Source: Verrucomicrobiota bacterium (lineage in GTDB: Bacteria > Verrucomicrobiota > Verrucomicrobiia > Chthoniobacterales > UBA10450). Taken from it: 27,201 bases of DNA. The position numbers and the translations under genes were made by a program. How positions within the stretch are numbered: position 1 is the first letter of the stretch; each line of letters begins with the position of its first letter. The notes beneath the pieces are model-generated. The model saw only the letters and a program-made list of their open reading frames with translations, was not told the DNA's origin and did not search any database. Location of the stretch: contig QHPZ01000130.1 of assembly GCA_003219225.1 (NCBI GenBank), forward strand, positions 1 to 27,201, given 5' to 3'. This document shows, one piece after another, positions 8,524 to 16,028 of the stretch.

Positions 8524-9366
8524 ATGAAAGAAAAGCCCGGAGTCGGACCCAGCCAGATCATCCGCCGCAAGGAAAACGCCGCGCTTGAATATCTCCACGA
8601 TGATCTGACGATCGAGGAGCCGCTCGAAATCGGGATCGGCGACAAGCCGCTGGCCACAACGATGCGAACGCCGGGCCACGATGACGAACTCGCCGCCGGC
8701 TTCCTTGTTTCCGAGGCGATTGTTCGTCGACGCAATCAGATCGCGAAGATTTCGGTCGCGAACCAGAACACGGTGATTGTCGATCTTGACGAGGGCGTTA
8801 AGCCGAAACTCGGTTCGGCACAACGTTTCGGGACGATCTCCTCCAGTTGCGGGATCTGCGGCAAAAACAGCATCGAAGCGATTCGGCAACATTTTCCGCC
8901 GATTCGAGCAACAGCGTTGCGGATCGACATCCCAACGTTGCTCTCATTCCCTGAACGGCTGCGGCAAGCGCAAAGCGATTTCGCGCGCACGGGCGGAATC
9001 CACGCCGCGGGCATATTCGAGATCGGCGGCGATTTGGAAATTGTCCGCGAAGATATCGGCCGTCACAATGCGGTCGATAAAGCGATCGGCCGCGCGTTCC
9101 TCGACGGCCTGCTCCCCTTAGATCGACATGTTCTGCTCGTCAGCGGCCGCGCTTCGTTCGAGATCGTGCAGAAAGCGCTCGCCGCCGGCATTCCGATTAT
9201 CGCCGCCGTGTCTGCGCCATCCACGCTCGCGGTAAGTTTTGCCCGTGAAAACAATCAAACGTTGATCGGGTTCCTCCGCCCGCCTTCGTTTAACGTCTAC
9301 GCGCACATCGAGCGGGTGATATTGGATGAGCAACAAGGAGCGGCGGCTTCCCAATCGCTGAGCTAA
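8524..9366 (+). CDS. fdhD: Formate dehydrogenase accessory sulfurtransferase FdhD
   Basis: EEPLEI, MRTPGHD, SSCGICG, TGGIHAA, EDIGRHNAVDK, SGRASFEIVQKA motifs. Confidence 0.95.
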   Translation: MKEKPGVGPSQIIRRKENAALEYLHDDLTIEEPLEIGIGDKPLATTMRTPGHDDELAAGFLVSEAIVRRRNQIAKISVANQNTVIVDLDEGVKPKLGSAQRFGTISSSCGICGKNSIEAIRQHFPPIRATALRIDIPTLLSFPERLRQAQSDFARTGGIHAAGIFEIGGDLEIVREDIGRHNAVDKAIGRAFLDGLLPLDRHVLLVSGRASFEIVQKALAAGIPIIAAVSAPSTLAVSFARENNQTLIGFLRPPSFNVYAHIERVILDEQQGAAASQSLS

Positions 9367-9401
9367 CGACCAAACGGCGGTCTGAAGACCGCCGCGCCTT
9401 G
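9334..9401. repeat. REP doublet (GGAG family) between convergent fdhD and nrfD, possible bidirectional terminator
   Basis: CAAGGAGCGGCGGCTTCCCAATCGCTG faces CGGCGGTCTGAAGACCGCCGCGCCTTG; followed by T-rich sequence; encodes the last FdhD residues. Confidence 0.7.
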
Positions 9402-9405
9402 CTTT

Positions 9406-10386
9406 TTATTTTTCTTGCGACGCGAACACCGCTTCGGGATCGCAGGCGGAAACTTTTCCGGCCGCAAGCCATCCGAAACGGCTGAGTAACGCGCCGATTA
9501 AGAACGAAATCGCGGCGAACGGAACAAAACCCAATGCACGAAGGACGAGTGCAAGCGGCCCGCTGAAAATCTCGCCGCCGCGAATGATCCAGCCCGACTG
9601 TGCTTCGTGCAAAGCGCGGTCGGCGGCGCCGTGTTTGTTCATTTCAAGCGAAATCCAGAGCGCGCACTCAATTCCAGCGGCGAAAAATCCGAGCGCGTTG
9701 AGCGGCGCGACTCGATAGCCGAGCAATTCGAGCAAAGCCGCGGCCGAACCGATCCCAGCGGTTCCGAAATGAATCGGAAGGAGAACGCGATGGAGATACC
9801 ACGCCGGGATCGCAGTCGCGCCAAGCAGCACGCCGGTATACGTGGCGAGCAGCACGCCCCAAAATGCCGAGGCAAAAACGAGCGACCCGGCGGCGATCTT
9901 GATGAACTGGTCGAGGTCGCCCGCGAAAACGTGTCGCGCATGAAGTTCGACTGCCAGCAACGCGGGAATTGAACAGGCCCCAAAGATCGTAACGACCCAC
10001 GCGCCGACCGACATGGGCGATTGGTATTTGAAGACCCGCAGCATGTTGATGAACAGGCGCGGTCGGCCTAAATCCATGGTCAACAAAATCGGTGAGATAA
10101 TTGCGCCGATCGCCGCGAGCAAGATCGACATCCGCGCACGATCGAGATGATGAAAGACCGCCGACACGAGCGCGATGAGCGCGGCCATTCCAGCAATACC
10201 GCCGATGAAAAAATAAACTGGAATTTCCCAGGTCCAGACCGGCGGTTTTAGGAGCGGCTGGCCATAGTACCCAACCCGGCGCGGAATCGGGCCGCCGGCA
10301 ACATCGACACCGCGACCCCGGACGATCCCTTTCCCCCAAGCTTCCTCCCGAAGCTCGTCCAGTCGTTCTTCGTCAGACATGGCCAT
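9406..10386 (-). CDS. nrfD: NrfD/PsrC-family membrane anchor subunit
   Basis: WTWEIPVYFFIGG, MDLGRPRLF, SPMSVGAW, YTGVLL motifs; multiple TM helices; TGATG-coupled to the beta subunit. Confidence 0.9.
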   Translation of the reverse strand: MAMSDEERLDELREEAWGKGIVRGRGVDVAGGPIPRRVGYYGQPLLKPPVWTWEIPVYFFIGGIAGMAALIALVSAVFHHLDRARMSILLAAIGAIISPILLTMDLGRPRLFINMLRVFKYQSPMSVGAWVVTIFGACSIPALLAVELHARHVFAGDLDQFIKIAAGSLVFASAFWGVLLATYTGVLLGATAIPAWYLHRVLLPIHFGTAGIGSAAALLELLGYRVAPLNALGFFAAGIECALWISLEMNKHGAADRALHEAQSGWIIRGGEIFSGPLALVLRALGFVPFAAISFLIGALLSRFGWLAAGKVSACDPEAVFASQEK

Positions 10387-11246
10387 CAGGCAAAAAAGAA
10401 GAACGTCGCGAAGACAACCAAAATCGCCGCGATCATAGTGGCGAATGCAGAGAGCCAGGCGGACCTCAGATAAATTGTCGGGACCTCCGGCTTCGGAGGA
10501 AGTCCATAGGCTTCCGGTTCGCCCAGAATTAAAAAGAAAGCGTGAATGCCGCGGACACTTGTTTCCTGCGGATCGTAAAGTTGCGCGTCACCGTAACCGT
10601 TCTCGCGCAACTGGCGCACGCGCTCATGCGCACGGGCGCGCAGATCGTCGAGCCGTCCGAAGACGATCGATTCGGTCGGACAAACTTTCGCGCAGGCCGG
10701 CACGAGCCCGCTCTTTTGTCGATCATAACAAAACGTGCATTTGAAAGCGCCGCCGGCGTCGGCCAGCGGCTCGGGGCGACGATCGATCACGCCGAAGGGG
10801 CACGAGACGACGCAATAACCGCAGCCGTTACAGACATCGTTCTGCACAAAAACCGAGCCGACCTCGGTGCGAATAATCGAGCCGGTCGGACAGGCTTCGA
10901 GGCAACCGGCTTCCTCGCAATGTTTGCAGACGTCGGAGAGAAAAACCCATCGGAACGGATCTGCCCCGTCGCCTGAAGAGCCGACGATCTGATTTCCTTT
11001 TTGTCGATCCTGCTCGAGAAACAGCACGTGTCGCCACGTGGATGCGCCGAGCCGGCCGGTGTTGTCGTAGGAACTGCCCGACCAGGTGAAGCCGTCATCC
11101 GGCACTTCGTTCCATTCCTTGCACGCGACCTCGCACGCTTTGCAGCCGATGCAGACCGTTGGGTCGGTGAAGAAACCGACGTCGACGTTTTCCCGCACAT
11201 AATTGTGGCGGCGTTGGTTCGTGCTCTGCGTGCCTTCGCCGATCAT
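10386..11246 (-). CDS. fdnH: Formate dehydrogenase beta subunit (four 4Fe-4S clusters, C-terminal TM)
   Basis: CIGCKACEVAC, CKHC...CLEACP, CNGCGYCVVSCP, CTFC...PACAKVCP; hydrophobic C-terminal helix. Confidence 0.9.
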   Translation of the reverse strand: MIGEGTQSTNQRRHNYVRENVDVGFFTDPTVCIGCKACEVACKEWNEVPDDGFTWSGSSYDNTGRLGASTWRHVLFLEQDRQKGNQIVGSSGDGADPFRWVFLSDVCKHCEEAGCLEACPTGSIIRTEVGSVFVQNDVCNGCGYCVVSCPFGVIDRRPEPLADAGGAFKCTFCYDRQKSGLVPACAKVCPTESIVFGRLDDLRARAHERVRQLRENGYGDAQLYDPQETSVRGIHAFFLILGEPEAYGLPPKPEVPTIYLRSAWLSAFATMIAAILVVFATFFFFA

Positions 11247-11254
11247 GAATTTCG

Positions 11255-11334
11255 GTAGGGATCCCGCAGTTGCGGGAGGCCGTTCGCAACTTGCGTCCCG
11301 CGATCACGGCGCGCCCGGCGGTCGCGCCCTATCA
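11255..11334. repeat. REP doublet (GTAGGG family) between the fdh alpha and beta genes
   Basis: GTAGGGATCCCGCAGTTGCGGGAGG on + and (G)ATAGGGCGCGACCGCCGGGCGCGCCG on -. Confidence 0.8.
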
Positions 11335-11346
11335 TTTTCTGTGCGC

Positions 11347-14300
11347 TCATTCTGCTTTGCCGTGTTTGCCCTGGCCGCGGGAAAATTTTCCGCCGGTCGG
11401 CGCGCCTGGCGGCGGTTGTTCGGGGTGCAGATTCGGCGGCCCGCTTTGCGGCGCGTAGCGGTCAAGCCAATCGCGATACGCGGCGCCGCGCGGCAAACGT
11501 CCGGGGACGATATTGCAACTCATCGCCTTGGATTCCATGATCGTGACGTTGGGTTCGCCGGAGATCGCGACGAGATCGTTGGCGGCGTCGCCGCGCAGAG
11601 GCCCAGCGGTCCCAAAATGAAATGGGATCGCGACCTGATGCACGGTCTGGCCGTTCAACTGCATCGCTCGAATTCGCCGGCTCACGAGTGCGCGCGCTTC
11701 GATCGCGCCGCGCAGCGTCACGAGACAAACATAATCGCGATTGTCGATCTTGAGATCGGTCGCGAGCTCGGGCGAAATCTCGACAAACATTTCCGGCTGC
11801 AACTCGGCGAGATGACTGAGAAATCGCGACATGCCGCCGGCGGTATGATGTTCAGTCAACCGGTAGGTCGTCAGCACAAACGGAAACCGGGGATCGCCCG
11901 GCGGCGCGAAGCGGTTTTCGCCGCGCGTGAACCAGTTCACGACCGGGTTGGTATCGCGCGAGTAAAGCTCGTTGCGCACCGGCGATTCGAGCGGCTCGTA
12001 GTGCGTCGGGAAGGGTCCATCCTGCAAACCTTTCGGCACAAACAGCCAACCGAGCCCGTCCTCATGCAAAATGAACGGCGCATCGCCGCGCTGGCCATCG
12101 AGGCCGGATTGTCCGTCCTTTGGAATGTGATCAGGCGACTTGTTAGGCTTGAAATCGGGTACGTCGATGCCGGTCCATTTTTCCGATTCCCACCAGACGA
12201 GCTTTTTGCGCTCGCTCCACGGCGCGCCGTCTGGTTTGGCGCTGGCGCGATTGTAAATGATTCGCCGATCGCTTGGCCAGGCAAAGCCCCAGCCGTGTCC
12301 GAGATAATCTCGCGACTGGCGCGTGTTGGCTTTATTGACGCCGTCTCGATTAAAAACGCCGGAGTAAATCCAGCAGCCGCACGCGGTTGAACCGTCGGCC
12401 TTCAGTTCGTTGTAATCAGCGACCTGCGGCCCGTGATGGCTTTGACCTTGTCGATCTTGCGGGAAGAGAACGCCGCCGTGCGGGCCGCGGTCAGCGACCG
12501 CGGCTACATGATCAGTGTGCCAGCCGTTGATCTCGGCGAGGACGGCTTCCATTTTCGGTTCGCCGATCTCATCCTCTGCGTACCACCAGTCGAGCGCGCG
12601 CAGCGGTTCGTCGATCAGGTCGTTTGACGCTCGTGCTTTCTCGATCAAGCGGAGCGCGAGCTGATGAATAAACCACGCTTCGGATCGACAATCGCCGGGG
12701 GGATCGACCGCTTTTTCGCGCCACTGCAGCAAACGTTGCGTGTTCGTGAACGCACCTTCTTTTTCGGCGTGACCGGCGGCCGGCAAAAAGAAAACTTCCG
12801 TCTCGATTTCCTCGGTTTTTAGTTCGCCGCGCTCGATTTCGGGCGAATCGCGCCAGAACGTAGCCGGCTCGATCTCGACCATGTCGCGGACGACAAACCA
12901 TTTCAGTTTCGCCATCGATTTGCGCTGAAAACGCGAGTTCGGCGCACCCACAGCCGAATTTTGTCCCATCAAAAACATGCCATCCATTTTTCCGTCGGCG
13001 ATGGCGTAGAGATATTCGAAGAAAGAATGGTCGTCGGTAATTTTTGGGATCCAATTGTAACCGAAATCATTTTCCGCAGTCGCGCGCTTGCCGTAGTACG
13101 CTTTCATCAAGCTGAGGAAATAATTCGGGAAGTTCGACCACAGGCCGGTGGGTTGGGTGTAATCGACCAGAGCCCGGTCTGGTCGTGTGCACATCGAGGT
13201 ATTGTTGCAGCGTTTGCTCTTTTTCAGCGCGCGGCATCGCGAGATAGCCGGGCAAAATATCGTAGAGCGTCGGGATATCGGTTGAGCCCTGGATCGAAGC
13301 GTGGCCGCGCAGGGCGAGAATGCCGCCGCCGGGACGTCCGATATTTCCAAGCAGCAGTTGCAGGATCGACGCCGTGCGAATGATCTGGACGCCTTTCGAG
13401 TGCTGCGTCCAGCCAACCGCGTAACAGATCGCAGCGGTTTTATCCGGACCGGACGCGCGCACAAGCGCGTCGGCGACTTTTTGAAATACCGGCGGCGGAA
13501 TACCGCAGACCTTCTCGACGATTTCGGGTGTGTAGCGGGCGAAATGACGTTTAAGCTTCTGGAAGACGCATTGTCGATCTTGCAGCGTGAAATCGCGCTC
13601 GGGAAAGCTCAGGCGGTCGCCTTTGTATTGCCAGCTCTGCATCTCGTAGGCGCGGCGATCTTCCTTCCAGCCAGAGAAATAGCCGTCGCCGTCGTCTTCC
13701 GGGTCGCGGTAATCGTCCCGCAAAATGCAGGACGCATTGGTGTAGTGAACGATGTAGTCGCGGAAGAAAAGATTGTTCTCGATGATGTGCCGGACGAGCC
13801 CGCCGAGGAAAGCGATGTCGCTGCCGGCACGGATCGGCGCCCAAATGTCGGCGAGCGCGCTTGTGCGCGAGAACCGCGGATCGACATGAATGATGGTCGC
13901 GCCGCGCTCTTTTGCTTTCATGACCCAGCGGAACCCGACCGGGTGCGCTTCGGCCATGGATGAGCCCTGGATCAAGATGCAATCGGCATTGGCCAGGTCT
14001 TGTTGCGCGGTCGTAGCTCCGCCCCGGCCGAAGGAGGTGCCCAGACCGGGCACCGTGCTGGAATGTCATATCCGCGCCTGATTGGAGACGCACACCATGC
14101 CGAGGCCGGCGGTGAACAGCTTTTTAATGAGATAATTTTCCTCGTTGTCGAGTGTCGCGCCGCCGAGGTGGCAGATCGCGGTCGTGTGATTGATCGTCGA
14201 TCCGTTGGCTTGCCGAACGAAGGTGCGCTTGCGCGATTCCCACACGCGCTCGGCCACCATGTCCATCGCGCGGTCGAGGGAAATGTCCATCCACTCTTTG

Positions 14301-14629
14301 GCGCGCGGGGCGCGGTATTTCACTTTCGTTTCGCGCCGCGAATGAGTGAGCAGCTGATATGAGGCCGCGCCTTTGGGGCAAAGATTACCCTGGCTGATCG
14401 GCGATTCCGGATCGCCTTCGATCGAGATCAGTTTGCCATCCTTGTGGTAAATGAGCTGGCCGCAGCCGACGCCGCAGTATGGACAGATCGAGCGCGCGAC
14501 CTGGGCATTATCGATCCTGGCCCGGAGATTTCGCGTTTTCTCCGAGACCGCCTCCAGGCCGGTGCCATCCTTGCGTTCGCGGAGCTGCCGAACGAAAGGC
14601 CATTTCCAGAGCAAACCGGTCAACGACAT
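11347..14629 (-). CDS. fdnG: Selenocysteine-containing Mo/W-bisPGD formate dehydrogenase alpha subunit (FdnG/FdoG-like); split in the ORF track by UGA-Sec at 14066-14068 and a +1 frameshift near 13159-13186
   Basis: CPYCGVGC...C Fe-S motif, NQARI-(TGA)-HSST matching the NQARxUH active site, MAEAHP, DPRFSRTS, ALRGHASIQG, DGSTACGCWIY, LTTYRLTEHH; GAGGA RBS before the ATG at 14629. Confidence 0.9.
12485..12507 (-). repeat. Single REP (GTAGCC family) inside the fdh alpha coding sequence
   Basis: GTAGCCGCGGTCGCTGACCGCGG, identical (23/23) to 19262-19284; translated as VAAVADRG. Confidence 0.85.
14036..14054 (-). promoter_or_regulatory. Bacterial SECIS element
   Basis: GGUGCCC-GGUCU-GGGCACC perfect hairpin starting 11 nt after the in-frame UGA; spacing and apical GGUCU match the E. 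coli fdhF SECIS. Confidence 0.92.
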
Positions 14630-14658
14630 GATTTCCTCAACACCCGCGCGCTGTCCGC

Positions 14659-14687
14659 ATTTTAGGATGAAGGTTTTAGATTGGCGA
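14659..14687 (-). promoter_or_regulatory. Putative sigma70-type promoter for the fdh operon
   Basis: TCGCCA-17 nt-TAAAAT, ~30 nt upstream of the ATG. Confidence 0.35.
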
Positions 14688-14710
14688 GTTCAAACCGCCA
14701 GCGCGTCGAC

Positions 14711-14726
14711 CGGCACGACCACTGCT
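14711..14726 (+). promoter_or_regulatory. Putative sigma54 (-24/-12) promoter for the cNMP-kinase gene
   Basis: CGGCACG-ACCA-CTGCT versus consensus TGGCACG-N4-TTGCW; exact GG/GC spacing; 42 nt before the ATG at 14769. Confidence 0.45.
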
Positions 14727-14768
14727 TCTCCAGAACGCGGCAAAGCTTGGAGGGCGGGCCCAATCACA

Positions 14769-15977
14769 ATGATCGAAGCCATAGGCATGGAGGTTCCGCG
14801 GGCCGCTCGGCGGGACGTCCGCTGCTTCCGGGATAACGCTCTGCTGGAGGGGATCAGCGCTGAAATCTACGCAGAGCTCGAGGACAAGATTCAGGGCGTA
14901 GAGTACCTTCCGAATGAAATTATCTTCGAGGAGAACGACGCGGGGAATTCGCTCTTTTTGATTGCCGAAGGGTCAGTGAAGATCTCGAAAAAAGGGCGCG
15001 CCGGTCAGCAGGAAACGCTCGCCTACCTGACGAAAAATGATTTTTTCGGCGAGATGGCGCTGGTGGATGTGGGCAAACGCTCGGCACAAGCGGTGGCCGT
15101 CGAGCATGTGATTGCCGGCCGGATCGATCGCGAAGCGTGGGATTTATTGCTCCAGCTCGCGCCCCATCAGGTGCTTGGCAATTTTACTCGCTCGGTCACG
15201 AGGCGTTTGCGTCACAACAATCAGCATTTCATCGAGGAAGTCATGCGCAGCGAACGGCTCGCGCTCATCGGCAGCACGATTAGCTCGATCGTTCACGACA
15301 TGAACAACCCGATCTCCTGTATTTTGTGCGCCTGCGAAGTCATTCAACGGAGCGAGCCCGATGGGTTAGTCGGTGAATCGTCGGAATTGATCCGGGTGGC
15401 CGTGAGAAACATGGAGAACATGACCCGCGAATTGATCGATTTTTCGCGCGGGCACACTCAATTGAACCTCGAGCAGATTAGAGTCGCTGACCTCATCCAC
15501 GCGATCGAAGCGGACTTCGCCGCCTATCGGCCGCAGGTCGAACTGCGAACCGAAATTTTTTACAACGGTCCAATTCAGGCTGACCGCCACCGGCTCTTGC
15601 GCGTGTTCAGTAACTTGGTCCGGAACGCCTGCGAAGCGATGGTCCAGAGCGAAGAAAAGATCCTGCACCTCAGCGTTACGCAGCTGGACGGTTGGTTGCG
15701 ATGCCAGATTTCCGATACCGGCTGTGGAATTCCGGCTCATCTCCTGCCGCGAATTTTCGAACCGTTTGTGACCCACGGAAAATCGAACGGGACCGGCCTG
15801 GGCCTGGCGATTAGCAAAGCGGTAGTCGAGGGGCACGGCGGCTCGATTTCGGTCAAGAGCAGTGACCAAGGCACGACGTTCAACGTCGATCTGCCGGCTT
15901 GTGAGGTGGACGCAGTCCGGCTGGCATGGCCGCGAGTGCCAGTAATTGCAGAAAAGTCGCCACAGTTGGCGCGCTAG
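14769..15977 (+). CDS. Soluble histidine kinase with N-terminal cyclic-nucleotide-binding domain (cNMP-HisKA-HATPase)
   Basis: IIFEENDAGNSLFLIAEGSV, FFGEMALVDVGKRSA phosphate-binding cassette, VHDMNNP H-box, NLVRNA N-box, DTGCGI, FEPF, GTGLGL; start inferred. Confidence 0.92.
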   Translation: MIEAIGMEVPRAARRDVRCFRDNALLEGISAEIYAELEDKIQGVEYLPNEIIFEENDAGNSLFLIAEGSVKISKKGRAGQQETLAYLTKNDFFGEMALVDVGKRSAQAVAVEHVIAGRIDREAWDLLLQLAPHQVLGNFTRSVTRRLRHNNQHFIEEVMRSERLALIGSTISSIVHDMNNPISCILCACEVIQRSEPDGLVGESSELIRVAVRNMENMTRELIDFSRGHTQLNLEQIRVADLIHAIEADFAAYRPQVELRTEIFYNGPIQADRHRLLRVFSNLVRNACEAMVQSEEKILHLSVTQLDGWLRCQISDTGCGIPAHLLPRIFEPFVTHGKSNGTGLGLAISKAVVEGHGGSISVKSSDQGTTFNVDLPACEVDAVRLAWPRVPVIAEKSPQLAR

Positions 15978-16028
15978 AAGCTGCGCCTGAAGCTGGCAAT
16001 CCCTCCGCAAAGGGGCCGCTGCAGCACC

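Noticed and set aside
8494-8892. N-terminal extension of the 290-aa MOSC ORF
   Set aside because: Antisense to fdhD; the MOSC-like sequence starts only at VQICHLYISP.
11203-12390. 395-aa plus-strand ORF (also 4055-4861, 5570-6328, 13301-13963, 15366-16073 and others)
   Set aside because: Antisense shadows of well-supported genes in high-GC DNA; no recognisable motifs.
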